DNA of 64,000 bases from Verrucomicrobiota bacterium (GCA_041181065.1 JBEGQI010000022.1:2863-66862), one strand, 5' to 3'; shown: positions 9,782 to 19,862, counted from the first letter of the stretch. Notes: a model not told the origin generated them from the letters alone. Translations and numbers: made by a program.

Positions 9782-11536
9782 ATGAAATCAACAAAGGCGA
9801 GACGTATGAAGAAGTGGATGCTTGGGGTCGCGGTTCTGTTCGGGATGGTTTTCATTTCACCTACGGCGCCCGCCCAGTCGCCACCACCGTTTCGCATCGG
9901 CCTGAACTTCGCGTTCATCGGCGGCTCCAACGCCGCGACGGTGGCCGGAGTCTTCACGAACATCACGCCGCTCGGCCTGCGCGGCACGCGGCATTCCAAT
10001 CCCGGCGACGTCAACTGGCTGCACATCCATCCGTCCATCAGCACCTACGACTTCACCAACACCGACCTGATCTTCTTCAACACGAACGGCGTGATGCCAA
10101 TTGGCACGTTCTACGAAGACCCGAACGCGACGAACATCCTCAACCCCGGCCTGCAAGTGCCTTGGCTCGCCGGCTCAGGTTTCAGTTTCACGACTAACGA
10201 ACTCGTGCAGGCGTCGAACTACGTCACCACCGTGGTGGCGCATTACACGAACGCGACGCATCTCTGGGAGATCGCCAACGAAGTCAGCGGCATCACGAAT
10301 CGTCCGCGCAGCCTGCCGCCGGAAACGTTCGCGGGGTTTCTCGTGACGAACCGGAATTGGATCCGTGCCGTTGATCCGCAGGCGCAGGTGTTGCTGCCCG
10401 GTTGCCTCGGCGGTTACGGCCTGCCGTTCACGAACAATTACATCTGGCTGCGGCAATTGCTGACGAGCCTGAATGAACTCGGCGCGACGGGCTTCGACGT
10501 GATGAACTATCACGACTACAAATCGTGGTGGGTCCTGCCGGTGGATTTCGACGGCTACCGCGCGGTGCTCGCGGAGTTCAACCTCACCAACATGCCCATC
10601 TGGATCACCGAGTGCAGCAGCGCGAGCACGAACAATCCCGTGAACCCGAACACCGTCGTGCCTTACGCCTCGGAGGATCAGCAGGCCGCCGACGTATGGC
10701 GGCGTTCGTGCCTGCTCTTCGGCAAAGGCGCGAGCGTGTGGTTCTGGCATTCGCTTTACTCGGACCCGTTCGGGAATTTCGCGAACCAAGGATTGCTAAC
10801 GCCGAACTCCGGGACCGTGCAGAAAAAGAAATCGTGGCACGCGTTCAAGCTGCTCGTGGAAAAGATCGAAGGTTTTCAATCCGCGTCCATCCTCCAGCTT
10901 GGCGTCGTCTCGACGAACAATCTGAACGGGGGCGGCGGCCAGTGGGCGGTGCAATTCGACTGCCGCGACGGCCTGCGCCGCTACGTCGTGTGGAGCGGGA
11001 CGAATCTGAATTACACGCTCACCAACCTCGACACGAACGCCGCGCCGTATCGCATCACCACCGTGGTGCCCGCATCGCTGGCGTCCGGCGGCGAAACCGC
11101 AACGTTCACAGTCGTCACGAATGCCTTGGCCGGAAGTTCGCTTGCGCTGACGGGCACGAATCTGCCGGTGCTGGTCGAATCCACGCTTAGCCCGTTTCAA
11201 ATCTGGGCGAACACGCGCATCCCCGACGCCGCACAACGCGGCGAAACCAGCGACGCCGATAATGACGGTCAGAACAACTACGCGGAATTTTTGGCGGGCA
11301 CCGATCCGAACAATTCAGCCTCGGCGTTGCGCGTCACGGGCATCTCACCGGAAGGCGCGGGCTGGCGCGTTTATTGGACGAGCGAGAGCAACAAGGTTTA
11401 CACCGTCGAGCGCGCCAGCAGTTGGCCAACCTTCTTGCCGGCGCAAACGAATCTTTCCGCCACCGCGCCGCAGAACAGTTGGCTGGATACGAACGCCAGC
11501 ACCGCATCGCTGTTTTATCGCATCTGGCTGGAGTGA
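9782..11536 (+). CDS. Secreted clan GH-A (TIM-barrel) glycoside hydrolase with a Ca-binding-like linker and the C-terminal FYR-type domain
   Basis: The track ORF 8726..11536 is antisense to trpB over its first 352 codons. The real start is the in-frame ATG at 9782 ([33 protein letters not shown]). Acid/base-like WEIANEVSG and nucleophile-like IWITECSS motifs are present, followed by the linker [21 protein letters not shown] and a C-terminus ...LFYRIWLE. Confidence 0.7.
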   Translation: MKSTKARRMKKWMLGVAVLFGMVFISPTAPAQSPPPFRIGLNFAFIGGSNAATVAGVFTNITPLGLRGTRHSNPGDVNWLHIHPSISTYDFTNTDLIFFNTNGVMPIGTFYEDPNATNILNPGLQVPWLAGSGFSFTTNELVQASNYVTTVVAHYTNATHLWEIANEVSGITNRPRSLPPETFAGFLVTNRNWIRAVDPQAQVLLPGCLGGYGLPFTNNYIWLRQLLTSLNELGATGFDVMNYHDYKSWWVLPVDFDGYRAVLAEFNLTNMPIWITECSSASTNNPVNPNTVVPYASEDQQAADVWRRSCLLFGKGASVWFWHSLYSDPFGNFANQGLLTPNSGTVQKKKSWHAFKLLVEKIEGFQSASILQLGVVSTNNLNGGGGQWAVQFDCRDGLRRYVVWSGTNLNYTLTNLDTNAAPYRITTVVPASLASGGETATFTVVTNALAGSSLALTGTNLPVLVESTLSPFQIWANTRIPDAAQRGETSDADNDGQNNYAEFLAGTDPNNSASALRVTGISPEGAGWRVYWTSESNKVYTVERASSWPTFLPAQTNLSATAPQNSWLDTNASTASLFYRIWLE

Positions 11537-11596
11537 CCGTTCGCCGCGGGACATTTTGCCCTTGCACGAACCGGCGCGGAGTCGCCAGATGACGTC

Positions 11597-12061
11597 ATGC
11601 GTGAATTGCCTCACACCCATTCGTGCTTCGTCTGCGGCGACACCAACACCATCGGCTTGCGCCAACGTTTTGAAACGGATGGACGCATCGTGCGGGCGCG
11701 CTTCACGCCGCGCGCCGAGCACGTGGGATTTCAAGGCGTCGTGCATGGCGGAATTCTTGCCACATTGATGGATGAAATCATGGTCTGGGCCTGCGCGGTC
11801 GGCGCGAAGAAGTTCGGGTTCTGCGCAGAGATGACGGTGCGCTTCCAGCGGCCGGCTGCGCCGGGACAAGAATTGATTGTGGAAGCGGAACTCGTCGAGA
11901 ACCGGCGAGGCCGTGTGTTCGAGGCGAAGGCGGAGGTGCGCAATTCAGCGGGCGAAGTGCTGGCAACTGCCACCGGCAAATACATGCCCATCCGCGACGC
12001 CGACCTCGCCGAGTTGCAACGCGATCTGGTCGGCAACTTGGATTGGCTGTTCGCCTCGTGA
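11597..12061 (+). CDS. PaaI-family hotdog-fold thioesterase
   Basis: 154 aa. CFVCG...G...F...H.GFQGVVHGGILATLMDE is typical of PaaI/YbgC-like thioesterases. Confidence 0.8.
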   Translation: MRELPHTHSCFVCGDTNTIGLRQRFETDGRIVRARFTPRAEHVGFQGVVHGGILATLMDEIMVWACAVGAKKFGFCAEMTVRFQRPAAPGQELIVEAELVENRRGRVFEAKAEVRNSAGEVLATATGKYMPIRDADLAELQRDLVGNLDWLFAS

Positions 12062-12115
12062 GTCCCTGCTGCTTTCGGCTGGTCTCGTCGGCGCGCTTTT
12101 CGTTCCCTTTTCGCC

Positions 12116-12781
12116 GTGCCGAAGTGGTTCAAATGCATTGTCGCGATATTGCTCCTGCCCGTGTGTGCCGGCGCGGCGATGGCTTTGTGGCGGGTGATTC
12201 TGGCCACTGGAAATGCGGACTCCGTCTGGATCGCCGCCGCCACCGGCGTCGCGTGCTGGTTGGTGATCTTCTTCATGATGCCGAAACCGATGTGGATTTA
12301 CGTCCTCGGCCATGAACTGACGCACGCCCTGTGGGCTTGGCTGTTCGGCGGCGAAGTGAAACGGCTGAAGGTCACATCCAAGGGCGGCCATGTGATCGTC
12401 ACGAAGACCAACTTCCTCATCGCGCTGGCGCCGTATTTCTTCCCGCTCTATGCCGCCATCGTGGTCGCGGTATTCGTCGTGGGCCATTTGATCTGGAATT
12501 GGCAGGGGCTGCTCGTTTGGTTCCACCTGCTGCTCGGGGCGGCTTATGCGTTCCACGTCACGCTGACCCTCTACATCCTGCAAACGCGCCAGACGGACAT
12601 CACTGAACATGGCTACCTTTTCTCTGCCGTCGTCATTTTCATCGGCAACGTGCTGGTCCTGCTCGTAAGTCTTCCGCTGTTGGCAGGCAAACCACCGTTG
12701 TGGCATGCGCTGTCATGGTGGGGTGAGGAGATTTGGCGTCTGCTGCAACTACTTTTTAGAATCACTCAAGGCCATTCGTAA
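12116..12781 (+). CDS. Polytopic membrane protein with an M50-like HExxH metalloprotease motif
   Basis: GTG start. About 6 hydrophobic helices. LGHELTHALWAWLFGGEVKRL resembles the site-2-protease HExxH-x3-A-x3-G signature. Confidence 0.55.
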   Translation: MPKWFKCIVAILLLPVCAGAAMALWRVILATGNADSVWIAAATGVACWLVIFFMMPKPMWIYVLGHELTHALWAWLFGGEVKRLKVTSKGGHVIVTKTNFLIALAPYFFPLYAAIVVAVFVVGHLIWNWQGLLVWFHLLLGAAYAFHVTLTLYILQTRQTDITEHGYLFSAVVIFIGNVLVLLVSLPLLAGKPPLWHALSWWGEEIWRLLQLLFRITQGHS

Positions 12782-12829
12782 CGTGTCTGACATAATTCTG
12801 TCTTGAATTGCCCGGGCGATTGAGGCGAA

Positions 12830-13315
12830 ATGCTAGCGCGGATTGATTCTATGGACTTGGGCGACATACTTTCCAAAGAGCAGATCATCCCCGACTTGCA
12901 AGCGGCGGATCGCTGGGCGGCTATCGACGAGTTGATCAACAACCTCGTGGCCACCGGTAAGATCAAGGCCGAGCATCGGGAGGCGATCACGGCGGTCGTC
13001 CGCAAACGCGAGACGTCCATGAGCACGGGCATCGGCTTCGGCATCGGCATCCCGCACGCCTCCACCGACTTGATCTACGAAGTCGTCGGCGCGCTGGGCC
13101 GGTCCAAGAAAGGCGTGGACTTCAACGCCCTCGACAACCAGCCCGTCCACCTCGTGATGCTCTTCCTCGTTCCCCAAGGCCAGTTTCAGAAACACCTCCA
13201 CACCCTCGCCAATATCGCCAAGATGCTCCACAAGTCCGAATTCCGTCAGGCGCTCGAACAAGCCCCCGACGCGGACACGATGCTCGCGGCGATCCGGGAT
13301 CAGGGGAAGAAGTAA
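12830..13315 (+). CDS. ptsN: PTS EIIA(Ntr)-type nitrogen regulatory protein
   Basis: IIPDLQAADRWAAIDELI..., RETSMSTGIGFGIGIPHA (phospho-His region), VHLVMLFLVP. GAGG lies 5 nt upstream of the ATG at 12830. Confidence 0.8.
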   Translation: MLARIDSMDLGDILSKEQIIPDLQAADRWAAIDELINNLVATGKIKAEHREAITAVVRKRETSMSTGIGFGIGIPHASTDLIYEVVGALGRSKKGVDFNALDNQPVHLVMLFLVPQGQFQKHLHTLANIAKMLHKSEFRQALEQAPDADTMLAAIRDQGKK

Positions 13316-13449
13316 AGCCCGAATTTTTCGGGATTCGGTTCAATTGCCTCTGGTTTTCAACGCGCTGTTTGGTTTAGGCTCGGCGCATTCCTTTTTTGAC
13401 CGCTGACCATGGAGGTTTGAACGCCTCAAAAAGAGAATGGAATTTTGCC

Positions 13450-16400
13450 ATGCGCTCAACTCGCCAAACCGGAGGGCCTTTGAACATTCCCACTCTTCGC
13501 CAACTCAATGCGAGGCTCCTGATGCTGGGATGGGCCGTCATTGCAGCTAGTCGCACAAGCGCCGCAACGCCCTACGCCGCCACTCAGCCGGCATTCCCGG
13601 TCAAAAGCACCTCCGCCACGCTAAACGGCATGGCTGTGGCCAATGGTGAGCCGACCTTTGCGTGGTTCGAGTGGGGCACCAACTTCAGCTTCGGACAAAC
13701 CACCGCGCCCTTGGATGTGGGCAGCGATTTCGCCGTCTTGCGGACAAACACCCCGATCAGCGGACTCAATCCCGGCGAGGTTTATGCCTTCCGCTTAGTC
13801 GTCAGCAATGCCTCGGGCGTTGCTTGGGGCGCACCACAAATGCTCACAACCGGCAAGAAGATCGCCGCCTGGGGCGACAACACTTACAACCAAAGCGCCG
13901 CGCCGCTCGGCCTGACCCAAATCGTCGCCGTCGCTTGCGGCTCTTATCATTCGCTAGCTCTCGACGTGACGGGCAAGGTGGCTGCGTGGGGTTACAACGT
14001 TTACAACCAAACGAATGTGCCGGCCACTTTGTCCAACGTCGTGGCCATCGCAGGCGGCATTTATCATAGCCTAGCCTTGCGGGATGACGGGACGATCACC
14101 GGCTGGGGACGAAATTTTTCCAGCGAAGCCACTCCGCCGGCTTCCGCCACCAACGTCATTGCCATCGCTGCTGGCGACTACTTCTCCCTCGCGCTCCGGA
14201 CGGACGGCACTCCCATCGCTTGGGGAGACGGGTTCTTCGGCCAGACGAACATCCCCTTTGGTCTGGCCAACGTCGTCGCCATCGCGTGTGGGGATGCTCA
14301 TTGCCTAGCTCTGTTGGCGGACGGAACGGTGCAAGCTTGGGGCGACAATATTTTTGGTCAAACCACCGTGCCCGCCGGGTTGAATAATGTCATCGGCATT
14401 GCTGGCGGCAATGGTTTCAGCGTCGCCGTCAAAGCCGACGGCAGCGTTGTCGAGTGGGGCTGGCCCTATACTTCGCCGGGTTCCATTGGGGCAATCGCAG
14501 CGGGCGCCGGGTGGGCTCATTTCCTTGCGTTGAACACCAACCGCGTCGTGACCTACTGGGGTTCAGACACCGCCGCCAGCGTGCCGCCGCCCGGACTCAT
14601 CAACGTCTCCGCATTGACCGCGCAATGGCGCCACAATCTGGCCATCGCCGACAACACCCCGCCCGTCGCGGACCCACTAACTTTTGTCGGCCCGCATAAT
14701 CAAGACCTCACCGTGACCATCAGCGCCCTCGACCCAAACGGCGACGCCCTCAACTATCAGATCACCGGCCTGCCAACCAACGGCGTGCTCTATCAATACT
14801 CCGGAGGCGCTCGCGGAGCGGCCATCGTCGCGACCAACACGCCCGTCACGGACCCACTGGGCCGGGTCATCTACGCACCACCGGCACACGCCTTCGGCAG
14901 TCCCTATACCAGCTTCAACTTCCTCGCCAACGACGGTTCCACGAATTCATCCGTCGCCACACTCACGATTTTTCTCGTCCCCACAAAATCCTTCACTGAC
15001 CGACCGACCGACATCGCGTCCAACACCGCCACGCTCAACGGAACTGTTCTGCCCAACGGCGAACCGACTTCCGCGTGGTTCGAGTGGGGAGCGAACGGCA
15101 CGTTCAACAACTCAACCGCGCTCACAAGTCTTGGTTCGAGCAATCTCATCTCGCGCTTCAAAGCCGCCATTTCCGGACTGACTCCCGGCGTCATCTATCA
15201 ATCGCGCTTGATGGTGAGCAACGCATCGGTCGGCGTGATGCCCGCAGCGACTCAGCGATTCACCACTGGCCTGCGGCTCGCTGGTTGGGGCAGTGGCACT
15301 TCGGGGCAGACAAATTTTCCGGCTGCCACGACTAACATCGTCGCCCTCGCGGCGGGTGGTTCGCACAACGTCGCCTTGCGGGCGGGCGGAACGATTCTCT
15401 CGTGGGGACTCAATACGTCCGGCCAAACCAATGTCCCCGCCAACCTCACGAACACCGTCGCGGTCGCGGCGGGCAGCGCGCACAGTCTCGCGCTCCTTTC
15501 CGACGGTCGCGTGCGCGCGTGGGGCCGCAACACCTCCGGCCAAACGAACGTCCCCGCCAGCGTGACTAACATCGTCGCCATTGCCGCCGGTGCGAATCAT
15601 TGTCTCGCGGTCCGTAACGATGGCCGCGTCATCGCTTGGGGCGACAACGCCGCCGGTCAAACCAATATTCCCGTGAACACAACCAACGTGGTCGCACTCG
15701 CGGCGGGCGTCAGCAACAGCTTTGCGCTTCGCGTGGATGGTGTGGTGGTGGCTTGGGGCGGGAGCGGCGGAAACTTGTTGTCCGTGCCATCGGCAGCCAC
15801 GAATGTGATCGCCATTGCCGCCGGAAATTTTCACGCGCTGGCGTTGCGTTCAAACGGCACGGTGGTCACGTGGGGAACGAACAACTTTGGTCAGACGAAT
15901 CTGCCGGCGGGTTTGAGCAACGTCGTCGCCATTGCTGCTGGCGCGAACCACAGCCTCGCCATCAAGTCAGACGGCTCCACGGTAGCGTGGGGTGGCGGCA
16001 GTTTGGGACAGACGAATGTGCCCGCCACGTTGACCGCGCTGGCCGCGGCGGGTGGAGACTCGCACAGCGTGGCTTTGGGAAATGTCGTGCCCACCGCCAA
16101 CGCGCTCACCAGCTCCGGTTACGTAAGCCACGATGTCGTCCTCACATTGACCGGCGCGGACCTGAACAAGGATGCGCTCGGCTTCCGCCTCTTGTCGCTG
16201 CCGCTCTCGGGAACTCTCTATCAATACAACGCAGGCAGCCGTGGTGCCGCCATCAGTGGCGGCAACCCCAATGTCACCGACGCTGCTGGTCGCATCATTT
16301 TCGCTCCGGGCTCGGGTCTGTTGGGCGCCAACTTTGCTTCCTTCGTCGCGAACGATGGTTTGGCTGATTCTCCTCCTGCGTTGCTTACCGTGAACGTCGG

Positions 16401-16629
16401 TCTTCCCGCCACACCATCGTTCACGAGCGGATCTATCGACACCAATGGTGCGTTCAGCGCCATCTTCACTGGATCTTCCAACGCGACCTACAGCGTCTGG
16501 GCTTCCACCAACCTGTCGTCGTGGGAGTTCTTGGGCTCTGCCACACCGACCACGGGAACTTCATATCAATGGCTGGATGCCAGCGCTACCAATTGGATGC
16601 AGCGATTCTACCGGGCGACCGCGCCCTGA
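13450..16629 (+). CDS. Giant secreted protein: 2 x (FN3-like + RCC1/BLIP-II beta-propeller repeats + cadherin-like Ig) plus the C-terminal FYR-type domain
   Basis: The ATG at 13450 gives MRSTRQTGGPLNIPTLRQLNARLLMLGWAVIAASRTSA. There are many RCC1 repeats (AWGxNxxGQTNVPxxLxNVVAIAAGxxHSLAL). The C-terminus reads ...YSVWASTNLSSWEFLGS...QRFYRATAP. Confidence 0.8.
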   Translation: MRSTRQTGGPLNIPTLRQLNARLLMLGWAVIAASRTSAATPYAATQPAFPVKSTSATLNGMAVANGEPTFAWFEWGTNFSFGQTTAPLDVGSDFAVLRTNTPISGLNPGEVYAFRLVVSNASGVAWGAPQMLTTGKKIAAWGDNTYNQSAAPLGLTQIVAVACGSYHSLALDVTGKVAAWGYNVYNQTNVPATLSNVVAIAGGIYHSLALRDDGTITGWGRNFSSEATPPASATNVIAIAAGDYFSLALRTDGTPIAWGDGFFGQTNIPFGLANVVAIACGDAHCLALLADGTVQAWGDNIFGQTTVPAGLNNVIGIAGGNGFSVAVKADGSVVEWGWPYTSPGSIGAIAAGAGWAHFLALNTNRVVTYWGSDTAASVPPPGLINVSALTAQWRHNLAIADNTPPVADPLTFVGPHNQDLTVTISALDPNGDALNYQITGLPTNGVLYQYSGGARGAAIVATNTPVTDPLGRVIYAPPAHAFGSPYTSFNFLANDGSTNSSVATLTIFLVPTKSFTDRPTDIASNTATLNGTVLPNGEPTSAWFEWGANGTFNNSTALTSLGSSNLISRFKAAISGLTPGVIYQSRLMVSNASVGVMPAATQRFTTGLRLAGWGSGTSGQTNFPAATTNIVALAAGGSHNVALRAGGTILSWGLNTSGQTNVPANLTNTVAVAAGSAHSLALLSDGRVRAWGRNTSGQTNVPASVTNIVAIAAGANHCLAVRNDGRVIAWGDNAAGQTNIPVNTTNVVALAAGVSNSFALRVDGVVVAWGGSGGNLLSVPSAATNVIAIAAGNFHALALRSNGTVVTWGTNNFGQTNLPAGLSNVVAIAAGANHSLAIKSDGSTVAWGGGSLGQTNVPATLTALAAAGGDSHSVALGNVVPTANALTSSGYVSHDVVLTLTGADLNKDALGFRLLSLPLSGTLYQYNAGSRGAAISGGNPNVTDAAGRIIFAPGSGLLGANFASFVANDGLADSPPALLTVNVGLPATPSFTSGSIDTNGAFSAIFTGSSNATYSVWASTNLSSWEFLGSATPTTGTSYQWLDASATNWMQRFYRATAP

Positions 16630-16713
16630 TGCTTGGCTGAGTCAATCATCTGGTTTTTCGTCCGCCTTTCCGGATAATTCCGCCCGCGTGACGTGTTCAC
16701 GCGCCAAGTTTTC

Positions 16714-18474
16714 ATGCTGCCCAACAAACAGATCGAAGCCGCGCTGCAAGCCGCCGTCCGCGCCGTCCTTCCGGACGCCGATGTGAGCGCCGTGCTCGTG
16801 CGCCCGTGCCCGGACCCGAAATTTGGCGATTACCAGAGCAACGCCCTGATGGCCCTTGCCAAGGCGCGCAAGTTGAACCCGCGCCAGTTCGCCACCGACG
16901 TCGTCGCCAAGCTCGACGTGTCCACGTTCTGCGAGAAGGTTGAGATCGCCGGCGCCGGCTTCCTGAATTTCCGGCTCAAGCCCGCAGCGCTTTGCGCCTG
17001 TCTCGATGAAGCGGTTGCGGGCAAGCATCTGTTCTTTGCGCCCGCTGCGTCGCCGCGCACCATCGTCGTGGATTTCAGTTCGCCCAACGTCGCCAAGCCG
17101 ATGCACGTCGGCCACATCCGCTCCACGGGCATTGGTGACGCGCTTCAACGCATCCTGCGGCTGCTCGGTCATCACGTCATCACCGATAACCACATCGGCG
17201 ATTGGGGCACGCAGTTCGGTCTGTTGCTGGTGGGCTGGAAACAGTCGCTCGATAAAGCCGCGCTGGAAAAGGATCCCATTGCGGAATTGGAACGCCTTTA
17301 CAAAGCGACGAACGCCAAATGCGAAGCGGAACCGGTCTTGCGCGAAGAAGCGAAGCGTGAGTTGGTGAAGCTCCAAGCAGGCGACGCCGAGAACACCGCC
17401 ATCTGGAAGGAGATGATTCGGTTGTCGCAGGTGCAGTTCGATACGATCTACGGCCGGCTCGGCGTGAAGTTCGACCAAACGTTGGGTGAAAGTTTTTACA
17501 ACCCGTGGCTGGGTGAAGTCGTTAACGACCTGCTCAAACGCGGCATCGCCCGCGAGAGCGAAGGCGCCGTGGGCATTTTCAGCGACGGCTCGTTGCCGCC
17601 AAAGGAAGATCCGTTTCTCGTCAATCGTGACGGCGAATGGGTGGCCGACCCCGCGCTAGTCCGCAAGAGCGACGGTGGTTTCAACTACATGACCACGGAC
17701 CTCGCGACGATTGATTACCGGCTCAAGACGTGGTCACCGCACGACATCGTGTATGTGGTGGACGACCGACAGGCGCCGCATTTCAAGAAGCTATTTCTCG
17801 CGTTCACTCGCTGGCAGGCCGACGCCGCAAAGAAAGTGAAGTTGGTGCATGTCGGCTTCGGCAAAATTTTGGGCGACGACGGCAAGCCCTTCAAGACGCG
17901 CAGCGGTGACACGGTTAAACTTGGCGATTTGATGGATGAAGCCGAGTCGCGCGCGCTGGCGGTGGTGAACGAAAAAAATCCCGACCTGCCCGAAGCGCAA
18001 CGCCGCGAGATTGCACGCGTCGTCGGCCTTGGCGCCGTGAAATACGCCGACCTGCTGCCGAACCGGCAGAGCGATTACGTGTTCAGCTGGGACAAGATGC
18101 TGTCGCTGCAAGGCAACACCGCGCCTTACCTGCAATACGCCTACGCGCGCATCGCGAGCATTTTGAGAAAAGCGGAAAGCGGAAAGCGGAAAGCGGAAAT
18201 TGCTTTGGCAGCGCCCGAAGAACTCGCGCTTGCCAAGCAACTACTCAACTTCGGTGGTGTGTTGGAAGCCGTGGCGGATGATTATCGCCCGAACTATCTC
18301 TGCAATTATCTCTACGAAGTCGCCGGTGCTTTTGCGAAGTTCTACGAAGGGTGCCCGGTTTTGAAGTCGGAGGGAGAAACCCGCGCCAGCCGCCTCGCGC
18401 TCTGCAAACTCACGGGTCGAGTCCTCAAGCAAGGTTTGGACGTGCTAGGCATCGAAGTGCTGGAGCAGATGTAG
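16714..18474 (+). CDS. argS: Arginine--tRNA ligase
   Basis: SSPNVAKPMHVGHIRST (HIGH region) and a typical ArgRS N-terminal add-on and anticodon-binding end (...GIEVLEQM). The ATG at 16714 is preferred to the GTG at 16693. Confidence 0.95.
   Translation: MLPNKQIEAALQAAVRAVLPDADVSAVLVRPCPDPKFGDYQSNALMALAKARKLNPRQFATDVVAKLDVSTFCEKVEIAGAGFLNFRLKPAALCACLDEAVAGKHLFFAPAASPRTIVVDFSSPNVAKPMHVGHIRSTGIGDALQRILRLLGHHVITDNHIGDWGTQFGLLLVGWKQSLDKAALEKDPIAELERLYKATNAKCEAEPVLREEAKRELVKLQAGDAENTAIWKEMIRLSQVQFDTIYGRLGVKFDQTLGESFYNPWLGEVVNDLLKRGIARESEGAVGIFSDGSLPPKEDPFLVNRDGEWVADPALVRKSDGGFNYMTTDLATIDYRLKTWSPHDIVYVVDDRQAPHFKKLFLAFTRWQADAAKKVKLVHVGFGKILGDDGKPFKTRSGDTVKLGDLMDEAESRALAVVNEKNPDLPEAQRREIARVVGLGAVKYADLLPNRQSDYVFSWDKMLSLQGNTAPYLQYAYARIASILRKAESGKRKAEIALAAPEELALAKQLLNFGGVLEAVADDYRPNYLCNYLYEVAGAFAKFYEGCPVLKSEGETRASRLALCKLTGRVLKQGLDVLGIEVLEQM
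18169..18199 (+). repeat. Heptanucleotide tandem repeat (AAAGCGG) x4 plus a partial copy inside argS
   Basis: Direct reading: aaagcgg aaagcgg aaagcgg aaagcgg aaa. It encodes KAESGKRKAE in a variable ArgRS loop. Confidence 0.9.
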
Positions 18475-18500
18475 ACATCCACTATCTAGTAGAAGACACA

Positions 18501-18530
18501 AAAAAGGCGCGGATTGCTCCGCGCCTTTTG
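18501..18530. terminator. Bidirectional rho-independent terminator between convergent argS and dnaN
   Basis: aaaaa-ggcgcgga (18506-18513), loop ttgc, tccgcgcc (18518-18525)-tttt. An A-tract and a T-tract flank a perfect 8-bp GC stem. Confidence 0.75.
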
Positions 18531-18546
18531 CTTTCATTTCTGTGCC

Positions 18547-19656
18547 TCAGCTCAATCGCATCGGCATCACGACATAGAGGAAAGGGCCGTTGATTTTCAA
18601 GACGCCCGGGCTCAACTCGTCGATCAGTTCGAAGAAGACTTCGTCTTCGGCCAGCGAGTTCAGCGGATCAATCATGTATTTCGGATTGAAGGCGATGGCC
18701 ATGTCCTTGCCCTTGTAGTTCACCGCGATGCTTTCGCGCGCTTCACCGACTTCCGGCGAGTTGGCCGTAATAGCAAGATTGTTCTTTGTGAAGGTGAGCT
18801 TCACTGAGTTCGACTTCTCGCTCGTCATGATTTCCGCGCGGCGCAGGGCATGGAGGAATTCTTCGCGCACCAACTGCACGCGCTCCTTGGCCTCACCCGG
18901 AATGACCTGACGGTAGTTGGGATAGTTGCCTTCAATGAGCTTGCTTATGATCAAAATGGAAAATCCTTTGTCATCTTTAAGGTTGAAAGCCGCTTGGTTC
19001 TCACTGTAACGGATTTCTATCTCTCCCGTTCCTTGGAGCAAACGATTCAACTCGTTAACCGCCTTTGCCGGAACAATGAATTCGCCCTGGCTTTGCTCGG
19101 TCACGTCCACTTCCTCATCCACCAGCGCAAGTCGACGGCCATCGGTGGCCACCATCGTCAGCTTGTGATCTTTAAGGCTCATGAAAATACCGTTCAAGAC
19201 GTAGCGGGATTCGTCGGTGGAGATGGCGAAGGAGGTCTTGCGCATCATGGACTTCACCGTTTCCTGCTTGAGAGCGACTTTCTTTTCGTCCTTGAACTTT
19301 GGCATCGGCGGATATTCTTCCGCCGCGAGGCCGTTCACTTTGTAGAAGGAGGCACCCGCCCGGATGCTGCAATTGTTCTTCTCGTCCACCTCGAGTTCTA
19401 TGTCGCCGCTGTTCAACTCGCGGATGATGCCGAAAAGCTTCTTCACTGGAACGGTCGTTGAGCCGCCCTTTTTGACCTGCGCTTCAACCGCACAGGAAAC
19501 GGTGACATCCAGATCGGTGGCGGTGAGTTTGAGGCGGTTCCCCTCGGCTTCGAGCAGGACGTTGGAGAGAATTGGCAGCGTCGTGCGTGTGCTGACCACG
19601 TTTTGGACCGCCTGCAGTCCGTGGATGATTTGATCCTTCGAGATGGTCAGGTTCAT
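18547..19656 (-). CDS. dnaN: DNA polymerase III beta sliding clamp
   Basis: 369 aa. MNLTISKDQIIHGLQAVQNVVSTRTTLPILSNVLLEA...LKLTATDLDV... ending ...PMRL. No dnaA lies upstream. Confidence 0.95.
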   Translation of the reverse strand: MNLTISKDQIIHGLQAVQNVVSTRTTLPILSNVLLEAEGNRLKLTATDLDVTVSCAVEAQVKKGGSTTVPVKKLFGIIRELNSGDIELEVDEKNNCSIRAGASFYKVNGLAAEEYPPMPKFKDEKKVALKQETVKSMMRKTSFAISTDESRYVLNGIFMSLKDHKLTMVATDGRRLALVDEEVDVTEQSQGEFIVPAKAVNELNRLLQGTGEIEIRYSENQAAFNLKDDKGFSILIISKLIEGNYPNYRQVIPGEAKERVQLVREEFLHALRRAEIMTSEKSNSVKLTFTKNNLAITANSPEVGEARESIAVNYKGKDMAIAFNPKYMIDPLNSLAEDEVFFELIDELSPGVLKINGPFLYVVMPMRLS

Positions 19657-19862
19657 TGCGTAATTAAGAGTGGTTCCTCAGTTGAAAATTGGACCGATTT
19701 AATATGGGGTGTGAATAAGCAAAACAACCCGGGGTGTCAAGGAATCGGGCCGGAATTCGATTGGAATCAATGTCAAAAAAACACCAAACAAAAAAGAGCC
19801 GCGCCCTAAAGACGGAATTCTTCACACTACCCACAAACAATTCACAAGAAATCAGCAGACAA

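Noticed and set aside
13318-13332. A short hairpin cccgaa-ttt-ttcggg right after ptsN as a terminator
   Set aside because: The stem is only 6 bp and is not followed by a T-tract. It is too weak to call.
18169-18199. The heptamer tandem repeat considered as a CRISPR-like or regulatory array
   Set aside because: The units are contiguous with no spacers, are only 7 nt long, and lie inside the argS reading frame. It is a coding microsatellite, not a CRISPR array.
19657-19862. An AT-rich spacer upstream of dnaN as a possible chromosomal origin (oriC)
   Set aside because: It has only one consensus-fitting DnaA box plus one degenerate box and no dnaA gene. Gene orientation around 18.5 kb is convergent (plus-strand genes to the left, minus-strand genes to the right), the opposite of what is expected at an origin. 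I kept it only as a possible dnaN promoter or operator.
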